Shown: positions 41,201-51,339 of the stretch, piece by piece
Position numbering within the stretch: the first letter of the stretch is position 1
Layout of the letters: the number at the start of each line of letters is the position of its first letter
NCBI GenBank assembly: GCA_023334545.1
Contig: JAADVB010000071.1
Location: 1-64,000, forward strand
Reading direction: 5' to 3'
Source of the DNA: Salisapilia sapeloensis CBS 127946
Taxonomy: Eukaryota; Protista; Oomycota
DNA: 64,000 nucleotides
The notes under the pieces: model-generated
The model's input: only the letters and a program-made list of their open reading frames with translations
What the model was told of the DNA's origin: nothing
The model's database searches: none
Translations under genes and position numbers: made by a program

Positions 41201-43840
41201 CTATTGCTGCGCACATTCCGACGAGTGCTCTGCCTCTGGCTCTTGCTCCTGCACTCGTCGTCGTAGCTCATCTCGTTCTTTCTTGATACGTTGGTAGATG
41301 CTCCACGCTTCTTTCGTCATTTTCACTTTTTCCAGCTTATTAATCCGAAGTCGTTGCGCCTCGATCAGTTCCTCCATCTCGTGCATCTTTCTCGTTTCTT
41401 CCTCTTGAGACGATAGAAGAGCTTCCAACTGTCGACATCGTTCATCACTTTCCTCCAACTGATGCTGACTGTCTTCCAACTGAGCTTGTAGATCTTGATC
41501 GGAAGACGCCTGGTCTTTCGCATACAACTCCTGTAGCTGATACTTCATCTCGTCCTTTTCTTCCAGAGCATACGCTAGCTTCTCCTCCACCTTGTTCTTC
41601 TCTAAACGCACGCCTTGTAGCTCTTGCTCGAGCATCTCCTTCTCGCTCGTGACGATGTACAATTGTTCCTGTGCACCCTTCACTTCCTCACGACTGTCCT
41701 GCAGCTCCGACTGAACAGACGATAGCATCTCTTTATACGACGCCACGTCTTTCTCTAGGCTCTCCTTCTCCTCGTTCGTCCACGTCGAGCTCTGGTCTTC
41801 CGATATCCCATCCAGCATCTTCTTCCCTCGTGTTCCTTGCCTTAAAAGCGCCTGCTGCACCTCTTTCTTGAGCTCCTCTGCCTCTTGGTTCTTGGTATCC
41901 AAAAGCTGCTTCAACGTCTCCTTCTCCCTCTTCTCTCTCTCCACTTCTTCCGACGGCAAGTCGATCACTTCCCCTCGTACCATCTTCCTCAACTCTTCAT
42001 TTTCCTTTTCTTTCTCGATGAATTGTCCCTGTAACGTCTGTAGCTCTTCCATGACTTCAGCTAATTCCGTACGAACGTTCTCTTTCATACGTTCCACTTG
42101 ACTCTGCGCCGATAGCTTTTCACAGATTGCTGTCTGTTTTTCCATCGCTAGTTCCTGTACACGACGTTTTAATACCGATTCGTCATGATCTTCTAATTGC
42201 ATCTGTAGCAACTGATTGTCATGCTCAAGCTGCTCGCATAGTTGCCATGCACGACCTAATGCACGAAGGTTACGCAGCACTTCGGTCACGCGTTTATACT
42301 CGACGGAAAAGCTTTCAGGATCTACGGATGGGAATTCTTCAGATAAGAAACTGTCGTTCCCTTCGTCTGATGACAAGCTCATGTCCTTTCCATAGTGTGC
42401 GACGGCAGCTTCGATCATTTCTAAGAGTAATTCGGAGCGAGACTTCTTTGCATAGTTACGAGAAGAAGACAGCTTCTTCCCTCGACGTGACGTGACGTGA
42501 CTGAATTCAGACGCAGCGATGTTCACGTCAATCGTCATCGGATCATTCTCCTTATCCGCCACATCTTTCTTGGCATGCATTGGCGATAACGACAGTCGAC
42601 GACGTTTACTCGGTTGTTTCCACTCACCCAACAACTTTCCCAGCACCTGTGTCATCTCTTGCTTGCGTTTTCCATGATCCTTCAACGCTTGTTTCAATTC
42701 TTCCAACTCATTCCCTTCCTTTGTACTCACTTCATTCACATGCACAGACGTCTGGACGCTCTTGGCACGAGACGCGAACTGTAACGTACTTCTCGTCTCG
42801 TCTTCATATCGACTCGACGGTGTCACACAGCAGATGATCAGCGTACGCGTATTCCCACCGAGTGAAGGCTGGAGTAGTCGTGTCAGCTTCGAGTCTCGAT
42901 ACGGTGGAGCTGATGTGGAACCGCTTGGAGGAGCGGCTGGAAGTGCGCTGTCTGGTTGATGCAGCTGTAGGATCTGTTGCTGTAGGTATTGAGCATGCCG
43001 ACTGCGTGCTGCGAGCGAGTGGATGACTCGAGATAGTGTCAACAAGGACCGATTGATACTACCAGCTTCCCGTTGTCGCTTGCCTTCTGCATTCGTATGT
43101 CTTACACTCTCGGATCCAGCCAGATCCACCAGGTTTAAGACTGCCACTAGCTTTTTTGACGGCGTATTCTCTTCGTCCTCGACCTTGGGTGAGCTTTCAA
43201 TGTATAACCGACAGATTGTGTGCGAACGAGAACTTCGGTCGTTCATTTTAGTGGCACTAATCGCTCTTCTTTCTTTTCCACGTTCCAGGAGCTCATATAG
43301 ATCTTCTGGCGTGTGAATGTCATGCTCTTTGCACTCGAGAAAGACTCCTTTCACCGGATCCTCTCGTATTTTAATGACATTTGGCTCCTCTTCTTCACCA
43401 AACAGGTCATGAATGACCTCATTGTATATCTCGGCAAACGAAGCACGTAATGTATACTCTCGCGTTTCATCATTCTTCATGTAAGAAAAGAGTTCGGCGA
43501 TCGATAGCTGCAATATCCCGCGTTCACCAAACGTATCGTCGCCGTGCATCGTAAATGTCTTGCCACTAGATGTCTGTCCGTAGGCAAAGATCGTGCCATT
43601 GATACCGGCTAAAGCAGATTGGATGATCCGCTGTGCGCTTTCCGCATAGATCGTGTCGGTGGCAACGTCTGCTGCGAACACGACGTCATAGAGGTACCTA
43701 TTGCCATGCAAAGCTATTTGTCGTGCGTGGGAGACCTCGAGGACGTTCGAGTCGCCTTGCGCTGTCTCTCGCTCGTTTAGCGGTCGCACACGTACGCAGA
43801 CAGAGACGTTCTCGGCACCGCCCGCCTCCATTCTTGCCAT
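41201..43840 (-). CDS. N-terminal-motor kinesin with a long coiled coil (kinesin-7/CENP-E-like)
   Basis: VCVRVRP, P-loop FAYGQTSSGKT, switch I NDRSSRSH, switch II LVDLAGSE, INRSLLTL, PYRDSKLTRLLQPSLGGN, ETRSTLQFA, then an E/K/Q-rich coiled coil. Confidence 0.93.
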   Translation of the reverse strand: MARMEAGGAENVSVCVRVRPLNERETAQGDSNVLEVSHARQIALHGNRYLYDVVFAADVATDTIYAESAQRIIQSALAGINGTIFAYGQTSSGKTFTMHGDDTFGERGILQLSIAELFSYMKNDETREYTLRASFAEIYNEVIHDLFGEEEEPNVIKIREDPVKGVFLECKEHDIHTPEDLYELLERGKERRAISATKMNDRSSRSHTICRLYIESSPKVEDEENTPSKKLVAVLNLVDLAGSESVRHTNAEGKRQREAGSINRSLLTLSRVIHSLAARSRHAQYLQQQILQLHQPDSALPAAPPSGSTSAPPYRDSKLTRLLQPSLGGNTRTLIICCVTPSSRYEDETRSTLQFASRAKSVQTSVHVNEVSTKEGNELEELKQALKDHGKRKQEMTQVLGKLLGEWKQPSKRRRLSLSPMHAKKDVADKENDPMTIDVNIAASEFSHVTSRRGKKLSSSRNYAKKSRSELLLEMIEAAVAHYGKDMSLSSDEGNDSFLSEEFPSVDPESFSVEYKRVTEVLRNLRALGRAWQLCEQLEHDNQLLQMQLEDHDESVLKRRVQELAMEKQTAICEKLSAQSQVERMKENVRTELAEVMEELQTLQGQFIEKEKENEELRKMVRGEVIDLPSEEVEREKREKETLKQLLDTKNQEAEELKKEVQQALLRQGTRGKKMLDGISEDQSSTWTNEEKESLEKDVASYKEMLSSVQSELQDSREEVKGAQEQLYIVTSEKEMLEQELQGVRLEKNKVEEKLAYALEEKDEMKYQLQELYAKDQASSDQDLQAQLEDSQHQLEESDERCRQLEALLSSQEEETRKMHEMEELIEAQRLRINKLEKVKMTKEAWSIYQRIKKERDELRRRVQEQEPEAEHSSECAQQ

Positions 43841-43897
43841 TGCTGTGTTTATCTTGATGTTTGTATGCAAAGACGCGAGAAAATTTAGGCGGGAAAC

Positions 43898-44314
43898 TCA
43901 ACTTGTATTCTTTTGTTTATTCTTTTTCTTTCGCCGTTTCGCCTTGGCGTTTTTCGCGTGGCTGCGTGCCTCTTGCTCCCGAAGTTGTCGCAGTAGCTCG
44001 TCGTGCGCGCTCTCTGGCTTTTTCCGTTTTCGACTTGATACTTGCCCCTTGGATTGGTCTACCGCATCATTATCCGTTGGAATGGCTTCGGTCGTGTCTT
44101 CCACCTCGGATTTCTTTGTTAACTTCCGTCGGAGCTTCTTTTCTTCTGGCGTTAGATCTTGGCCAGTTGGCACCGAATCCTGGCGTGCGGGCTTATAGAG
44201 CTGGACTTGCGTGGTTTTTTTCTTCTCCTGATTTTCCACCTCCTCCTCTACTTGGAACCAGGCATTGACAACGTCCAAGGCATTAGCCTTGAATGTTAAT
44301 TCGTCCTCCTCCAT
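43898..44314 (-). CDS. Small basic, probably nucleolar protein
   Basis: 138-codon ORF (MEEDELTFKANALDVVNAWF...) with a Lys/Arg-rich C-terminus (KAKRRKKKNKQK). No family was firmly recognised. Confidence 0.6.
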   Translation of the reverse strand: MEEDELTFKANALDVVNAWFQVEEEVENQEKKKTTQVQLYKPARQDSVPTGQDLTPEEKKLRRKLTKKSEVEDTTEAIPTDNDAVDQSKGQVSSRKRKKPESAHDELLRQLREQEARSHAKNAKAKRRKKKNKQKNTS

Positions 44315-44629
44315 TCGCCAACGTCGGGACGAATTAGTTGATCCATATTGTCTGCATCTGATCCCCGGCCCGTGCAACCGTTCTTTTGTCACCCACTGTA
44401 CATGCCTCGTTTACGAGACATGCGCAAAATGGCCAATGAATGGCCGGCACCACGTCTCATGTGCTCTGGAATCCAGGCAATAAATCGAGATTTTCGCCTC
44501 CCCTTCGAAAAACTGATTTAAAGAGCGTGTGAATAACTAAACCGCGAACGCGACTTGACGGACGCACGACACTTGCAGTCCCTTCGCTCCGTTCGGCACC
44601 AAGGTGCTCATTCCAGCTTTCGCAGTCGT

Positions 44630-45427
44630 ATGGGGTGCAGCAACAACGGCGGAATGAATGCCAATGGCTCCCGCGATCTCCGCATCACTGGCGTGTCGCG
44701 TCGGGAAGGCTGTTGGCAATACCACATCGACGTCCTGGATGCGCGATCCTGCCGGCAACTGCGCTCACCGTCTATGGAATCCGTCGGGAGTAACTCGTAC
44801 AGTGAAGGAAATCATGAAGCCATGCCGCCTGTTGTCCGATATTCCGTCATGCGCCGATATAATGACTTTCGCGTCTTGCATGAAGGTTTAGTAATGCAAT
44901 ATGGTGTCGAGAAAATGCAAGAGCTGCCAGCATTTCCGGAAGGCGGATTCCTATCCTACTTGAGAGCACATGATACCAAGTTGCTGCAATATCGTCAGCA
45001 CCAACTGAACAAGTACATTCGCGCAGTCGATGACAACTGCGACCTGCACGCCAGCACGCAATTCGTCGAGTTCCTCCAACCGGACGCCACGGACCGAGCA
45101 GCCGACTGCCTCAGTCTCATGAGCAGCGCTAGTCAGCCGCACTCGTGGCATTCAATGGAGAAACTGGACCTCGCGTCGAGTGACAGCGGCCAGAATGGCG
45201 GCTACGTCTCTCTCTCCTATATTAAATCACCGGACATTTCTTTCACCTTGCCGTCGAAGGAGGCAAAGTCCCCGGTGCTCAACTTTTTAAGCCAAAGCGG
45301 TAGTCATGTCAGTGACGACGCAGACGAGTCGGATTCTGACGATGAAAACGATGAAGTCCAAGGCACGCGGTATCGTCGAGAGCTTCGGAAGCTATTTTCC
45401 TTCAGCTCGCGGCAAGATTCGTCGTAA
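44630..45427 (+). CDS. PX (phox homology) domain protein
   Basis: YHIDV...VMRRYNDFRVLHEGL...LPAFP...RQHQLNKYI...FVEFL. The likely start is MGCS, a lipidation-type N-terminus. Confidence 0.88.
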   Translation: MGCSNNGGMNANGSRDLRITGVSRREGCWQYHIDVLDARSCRQLRSPSMESVGSNSYSEGNHEAMPPVVRYSVMRRYNDFRVLHEGLVMQYGVEKMQELPAFPEGGFLSYLRAHDTKLLQYRQHQLNKYIRAVDDNCDLHASTQFVEFLQPDATDRAADCLSLMSSASQPHSWHSMEKLDLASSDSGQNGGYVSLSYIKSPDISFTLPSKEAKSPVLNFLSQSGSHVSDDADESDSDDENDEVQGTRYRRELRKLFSFSSRQDSS

Positions 45428-45682
45428 CGCAGTATATAAATATTTTTGGCCGCTTTTCTTTTCTTTGGCACTACTCTTTCTGTCATTTGTGTGGAAATGT
45501 CTCGTATTATGGCAACGACAGCTATCGCTTGAAAAGGAGCACGGACTGTCTTCCACTTGACCACTTGATTGCCGACTCCAACCTACCTGCTTCCTAGTAT
45601 CCGTTTGCTCTATACTAACGTCAAGTCAATACAACCAAGTGGAGCCACAAGTGACATCAGAGAAATCAATTTCAATTAACCA

Positions 45683-47016
45683 ATGGAACGATCAAGTCGT
45701 CGGAGTGCAGCGAAGCGAAATGCTCCTGCGACAACGTCCAGGTCAAGGAGGCAGCGAGAAGATTCTGATGAACAGGCTCCTCCGACGAAACAGCCTCGTA
45801 GCAGCGGTCGTACCACTCGCAAGTCATCAAAGGAAATGAGTGACAATGAACAATCGGATAAAGTGGATGAGGATCGCTCGAAGCCATCGACGCCACAACG
45901 ACAGACACGGAGTAGCAGGCGCGACCGGTCTTCGTCAATAAACTCCAATACATCGTCCAGTGCTTCTGACCATCGAAAGCCACCTGCAGATGACCAGGAT
46001 GACCAGGATAACGGAAATGAAGAGGAGGAAGAGAAGGAGGAGGAGACGTCCCAGTCGTCGGAAGAAAAGCTACAAGAGCTAGAGCAAAAGAAACGCATGC
46101 TTGAGGAAGGCACTTTGTCTGAGTACTGTCGTCGAGTGGCTGAGTTCAAGGAAAATCGAGATCGGTTGTTGGCACTCGCCGAGCGTCACAAGTCCCTCCA
46201 GGTGCGGAATATCCAAGACCTGCATGACTTTAGCGTCCAGCGAGCACATCATCTCTACCAAGTAGTTCCATGCATCTTCATTACTATCGATAGTCACTAA
46301 TACGTAGTTGTAGGACGGGAAGGAAGAGGTGAAGAAGGAGATGATGCAGCGATTTGATGTGTTGCTGGACAAGTGCACAAAGGAGATACAGGCGTTGGAT
46401 AAGAGTGCTGAAGCAAGTAAAGCGACGAGCAAGGACGAGTCGAAAGCGTCGGAAGAATTAAAAGACGGACACACGGACGAGTCGAATGGGACGGACGGAG
46501 AAGCTCCGACCAGTCCGGAGCTTCCGGAGGAGTCCGTCCGTCTCCAAGTCAACGACGTCACTTCCGATCTAGCCAGTATCCTACAGACAAGGGAAGAATG
46601 CGCCAAAGATGCCACTTCTTCCGTGCCGAAACCCACACTCGGTATGCTCCTACATCTTACTCTATCTTTTTGTATACTCAAGGATGGATAGAACCAGTCC
46701 GCTGCGATCATAAGCGTCTGGTGTGTGGCAAGTACATTTACGAATACGGGGATGAAGTCGTCTTGTCCTCTCCGCTGCTGCAAGAGAGTTACGTCGGCTG
46801 TGTATCATCCGTCGCATCAGACGCTGTACGTCTACTTCCTTCCTGATATTCCAAAGTACATACTCACATTTTACGTAGCTGTACATTCACTTATCTTCCG
46901 GACAAAAAGTTCGCATCTATCTGGATCTACTACGCACGCGACGTTGTGTCTTGACTCCATTCCTTCGAGGGGCTGCGTCCACTGGCAACCTACAGGCGAA
47001 CGGGTGGGCGTTCTAG
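45683..47016 (+). CDS. SDS3: Sin3/HDAC complex subunit SDS3-like (coiled coil + C-terminal capped-Tudor-like domain), multi-exon
   Basis: Coiled coil LQELEQKKRMLEEGTLSEYCRRVAEFKENRDRLL. The spliced C-terminus RLVCGKYIYEYGDEVVLSS...VGCVSSVASDA|LYIHLSSGQKVRIYLDLLR parallels the SUDS3 C-terminus (..VISSVG..EIWV...KMRIYLGQL). Confidence 0.8.
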
Positions 47017-47103
47017 GCATAGATAACAGCTCTTTCTTGTTGCCTTTGATTGCATAAGATAATGTCAAGCGACTTGAAACTAACTTGAAACTATTTTCTT
47101 TTC

Positions 47104-47433
47104 TTATTCATCCATATTGACTCGAGGAGGGAGCGACACTGCTACTGTACGATCCTTGTCTTCGGAGGAAAGGTTCGAGATCACTAGTGTGCGAGCAGAC
47201 GTTTCCAGACGGACGACTGGTGCACTTGCCACGGATTCATTCTCACCATCCTCTTCGCTCGGTGTCTTCTCGTCCTCCCCTTCGTGAAGTCGACTGAGGG
47301 AAGACGCGTGCGAAACGATGGACGTGAAAAACCCACTCGTGTGCATACGCGCAGTATCAGCAAGAGATCCCTCTGCTTTCAGGCACAAACCCTGGCTGTC
47401 CGTGACCACAACACCTTGTACGTCGTCGCTCAT
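47104..47433 (-). CDS. LAMTOR5: Ragulator subunit LAMTOR5/HBXIP-like (roadblock fold)
   Basis: VQGVVVTDSQGLCLKAEG...SGFFTSIVSHASSL...PVVRLETSARTLVI...TVAV matches the LAMTOR5 pattern GVLCTDSQGL...PVVCLES. The 5' end may extend upstream. Confidence 0.8.
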   Translation of the reverse strand: MSDDVQGVVVTDSQGLCLKAEGSLADTARMHTSGFFTSIVSHASSLSRLHEGEDEKTPSEEDGENESVASAPVVRLETSARTLVISNLSSEDKDRTVAVSLPPRVNMDE

Positions 47434-48773
47434 TCTTCTCTTCGTGCTATTTGTCGCTAAGATTTCGATTTGCAGCTCTTTTCCCACAAAATGCCATACT
47501 CTAATGAAAGCAAAAGGAAAGACTCCTCGTATGGAAACCTGGACTAGATGACCGGCTTCATGCAGCGTACATTTCGCCACGTTTCATATTCGTTCTGGGG
47601 ATCGATATAGGTAGGAAATAGTATGCGTACGCTCTCAACTAACTGAATGTGTATACGAATTAAACGCGCTGGTAACTTGTACGATCACATTACCGATTTG
47701 GTTAGTCGTTGAAGATGCACCTGTACAAGCGTTCGTTTTTCCCTCCCTCTTCCGTCCTTGACTTTTCCGACTCGCTGCACGAATACAGTACATGGCTTTG
47801 AGCCAACGTAGCGCCTTCGATATCTTTGCTCGACTTCCCATTCGTCTCAAATCCCATGATATCGGTATTTGTAGGTATCGACAACTAGAACCATTTAGCT
47901 TGGATATGAGCTGCTTGATTTCTTATGATTTTCGTCCATCTTTAACTACCGGCTACACAATGACGTTCGAGGGAAGAGAAGCGACGAAACGAGCATAAAT
48001 GCTTCATGTGTGTCAAAGCAGCGATGGTAAGTCTACGATGCGTGTGAAGTTTGTACATGCGTTGGTAAAAGTAGAAATTGCAAACGTATGGGGTATGTCT
48101 CGACACGTCGTCCTTGACAACTCCGTATCAGTCGCCAGCGCCTCTCCCTTTTCGAGCTGTACCATTTAAGTCGAGCCCACTTGTGCGACATGATCAGCCA
48201 TGGTGCGCGGCAAGAAAGTCTCGCGAAATGTTTACTAAAAGCATTACCTTTAATAGTAAAAACTAGCTACTTTCGGTACATCGATGCTTGCTTCGTAGTT
48301 GCTGGCGTGCCATTTCTAATCTGATAAATGGATCGTTTAGACTCTTAATCTTATCACGATGTGCATGCTCTGACGCATAAAGGTTCTGCATTCCTACGGT
48401 AAATGGCGTTTCCACATCTATCGGAGCAAGACACTTGCATGCTACGGACGGGAAAGAAGTAATCAGAGAGAAGCACTTGATTTCTTTGCGCGTCGAGCAC
48501 AAGACGGAGACGAGCCTAGTGTCGCTCTTTGCAGCGTCCTTTTTCTCGACCAAAGTCGACCCACCTGCCACACAGTCTAAGTTACACATTTATGACTTGA
48601 TGGACTGCGATCGTGATCAGTGGGACCTTATCGATTTTTTCGCTCATGATGGCACCATTTTACTTTTCCCGGGCATGGCGCAAGCCTTTTCACGCACCTA
48701 ACTGCTTGGCAATCCGCATTTTACTTCCCACCACCCACTGTCCATTCCCCACTTGTACGACCGGGTATACACC

Positions 48774-50006
48774 ATGAGCCGTCCCTTGCCACAAGATCGA
48801 CCAATTACCACGTCAGCGACACCCGACGAGCATCAAGTCTGTGAACGGTCTGAGGGCAATATCAAGGTCGACGTGACCAATTATGAATGGTCCTATCAGC
48901 CGACGATGCACGTCACCCAATTCCTGCCGCAACTGTCGCTGCAATGTCTATGCCAACCAGAGGCCATGAGCAACATCACGCACCAGCTCATGCAGCTCGG
49001 GTTCGACACGCCAGAGTCCATTGCACTGGCAAAGCCAAATGAACTTGCCCACGCTGGTATCACCAACCAAAACGACCAGTCCACCTTGCTCTCTTACGCA
49101 CGGCAGCACGAGCAGCAAGTTGCCGAGATGAACCGCAGCCAAAGAGACGGAGCCTCGACAATCTCCCACTGGTTGCACGGCTGCGGCATACCTCTTAATG
49201 CGTGCTATGAATACTCGGAGGCACTACGTCGTCTCAACTACTGCGATCCACTGGACTTATGGTCACTCCAACACGATCGTGAAGCCCTCATGTGCTTTCG
49301 ACATGGCCACGCTCGCCTCGTGGCCTGTCGAGTGGCATCGCTCGATTATCCACAGGAGCCTATTTACGACGTTGGATCGACCCAAACATCATTGCAACCG
49401 GTAGACTTGCACGCATCTGTATTGCATGAGTTCGACAATGAGCTCGACGATAAGCTGGTGGATGCGTTCCTACACCAAATGCCAACAGTGTCTTATGCAC
49501 GAAGCAGTAACTCTGCGTCCGAGACGGCGTATGCACCAGGATCAAACGTCCCAATGGAAATTATCTACCTCATCGACGAAGCCGTGAATCAAGCGCATCC
49601 AAACCCATGCCGTAACCGTCAGAAGATTCAATGGAAAGCGCTATCTAATGGCAAGATGAAAGGATCTCAATTTGCACCTCTGACGCAGTACACAGCGGAA
49701 GAGTTGGAAAGTGCGTACCGGCAAACTCGACCGAGTGGACGCGATTGCCGTGGTGGGTCGACCTTCTGGAGCACCGAGAATCGTCTGCTCTTGTACAACG
49801 CAGTTGAAGACCCTCGTTGCAGGCATCTCGGAAAAGTGTGTTGGGAAATGATTGCTAATGGCGACACAGGCGTGAAAGAGTACGAACCTCTGCGTCATTT
49901 CAGTGCCTCCCAACTACGTTCTCGCCATCGCTCTCTCTGGGGGGACAAACGTCCCCAGCGTCTACGTGAACAGAAAGCGGCCAAGCGACGAAAGACGTCT
50001 AGTTGA
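48774..50006 (+). CDS. Protein with two SAM-like domains and two Myb/SANT-like repeats
   Basis: SAM-like: LMQLGFDTPESIALAKPNELAHAGIT and ISHWLHGCGI..YSEALRRLNY. Myb-like: IQWKALS...YTAEELESAY and FWSTENRLLLYNAV...CWEMIA...FSASQLRSRH. Basic NLS-like end. Confidence 0.65.
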   Translation: MSRPLPQDRPITTSATPDEHQVCERSEGNIKVDVTNYEWSYQPTMHVTQFLPQLSLQCLCQPEAMSNITHQLMQLGFDTPESIALAKPNELAHAGITNQNDQSTLLSYARQHEQQVAEMNRSQRDGASTISHWLHGCGIPLNACYEYSEALRRLNYCDPLDLWSLQHDREALMCFRHGHARLVACRVASLDYPQEPIYDVGSTQTSLQPVDLHASVLHEFDNELDDKLVDAFLHQMPTVSYARSSNSASETAYAPGSNVPMEIIYLIDEAVNQAHPNPCRNRQKIQWKALSNGKMKGSQFAPLTQYTAEELESAYRQTRPSGRDCRGGSTFWSTENRLLLYNAVEDPRCRHLGKVCWEMIANGDTGVKEYEPLRHFSASQLRSRHRSLWGDKRPQRLREQKAAKRRKTSS

Positions 50007-50079
50007 TAAAGTGCTTGTATTTTTAAATCAAAGACGGCAACGAGTCCATTTTCATTTGTTATCATGCTCCATGAGATAC

Positions 50080-51339
50080 TCATCGACCATCCTTTTCATG
50101 CGTCTTCTTATGACGAGCAAAGTTACTCACTTGTGTAAACTTCTTTTCACAACCTTCAAAAGGACACACGTACGGTTGGAAGCCTGCGTGCATCCAAATG
50201 TGTTCTTTTAAAGACACAGAGTGCGCGAACTTCTTGCCACAGCCGTCGTAATGGCAAGCATATGGCTTGACACCAGCATGAGTACGTTCGTGAGCACGTA
50301 GATTCGAGCTATGTGCATATCGTTTCGTGCAACCTTCGTACGAACACTCGTACGGTTTTTCCCCCGTATGTGTCCGAATGTGGTTCTGCAGCTCCGATCG
50401 ACCACGAAACTGCTTTTGACAGTGCGGACACTCGTGCTTTTTACTCGGCTGAACACGCGACTTGGTCACTTTCGGCTTCGAGTACATCTCCACTTGCTCC
50501 AAGAATTTGGACTGCATCTCGTTCGAAGACAATTGCGCTAGTCGAGCAGTGGACATGCCACGAGACGGCTCGTGCGTACGCTTCGTACCGGTGTTCGGCA
50601 AACTCTCAGATGTAGACAGCAAGTCCGTTTGTAAATTCGAGTTACTAAGGTTGCGAATGTACCCGTCGAGCTCACGCATGGCATCGTGGACGTAATCTGC
50701 GATGGCCCAGACTGTGTTTTCATGCATCAGACCAAGGTCGAAAGCGTACCCGTCGTCATCAATCTCGCGTACCATATCTGGCTGGTACTTGCTGATGACA
50801 TCCATCAGTCCACGCAAGTATTGCGACGGCAACAAGGTAATTTTCTGCACTAGCAATTGCTTTTCGCCGAATGGCATCGGCTGCACGCCAGTTGGGTACA
50901 CATATTCTCCCGTCGATGCATCCCGTACTTTGCCATTAGAAGTGGCCGTTTCACTGTTCACATGAGGTCTTCTGTGGGTATCCATATCATCTTCATCTTC
51001 CGTATGCGTCGCCTCGGACTCGTTCGATTCATGGACAGATGGGGCTTTGGCATTCGTCTGGCCGATCGTCGACGGTAGTAGCGACCCGATGGAAAATTGG
51101 CTACTAGTGCGCTTGTCCAGGACGGCGCTCATGGACGGCATCGGGCCCAAGTTCGATACGTGCGCATCCGAATCGTTAAACGACGTGTTCCAAGAAGCTT
51201 CCTTAGTCATGGACGGTGTGAAGGATGGGAACGACGAGGCTGGTGGTAACGGCGCCGGCGTCGTCTCAGCGTTGGCGTCAACACGCCGGCGTTTCATCGG
51301 TGGTGTATTAGAAGGGTAGGGAGCGGTCTCGGTGCTCAT
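50080..51339 (-). CDS. ET (extra-terminal/NET)-like domain + four C2H2 zinc fingers, putative transcription factor
   Basis: Four Kruppel fingers with HTGEKPY-type linkers (CPHC..H..H, CSYEGC, CHYDGC, CPFEGC). ET-like EKQLLVQKITLLPSQYLRGLMDVI...YAFDLGLMHENTVWAIADYV. The first ATG of the coding core is at 51339. Confidence 0.88.
   Translation of the reverse strand: MSTETAPYPSNTPPMKRRRVDANAETTPAPLPPASSFPSFTPSMTKEASWNTSFNDSDAHVSNLGPMPSMSAVLDKRTSSQFSIGSLLPSTIGQTNAKAPSVHESNESEATHTEDEDDMDTHRRPHVNSETATSNGKVRDASTGEYVYPTGVQPMPFGEKQLLVQKITLLPSQYLRGLMDVISKYQPDMVREIDDDGYAFDLGLMHENTVWAIADYVHDAMRELDGYIRNLSNSNLQTDLLSTSESLPNTGTKRTHEPSRGMSTARLAQLSSNEMQSKFLEQVEMYSKPKVTKSRVQPSKKHECPHCQKQFRGRSELQNHIRTHTGEKPYECSYEGCTKRYAHSSNLRAHERTHAGVKPYACHYDGCGKKFAHSVSLKEHIWMHAGFQPYVCPFEGCEKKFTQVSNFARHKKTHEKDGR

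Noticed and set aside
47635-48701. Several short ORFs and intron-like signals between LAMTOR5 and the SAM-Myb gene
   Set aside because: I could not build a consistent open spliced frame or recognise a motif. A small gene here is not excluded.
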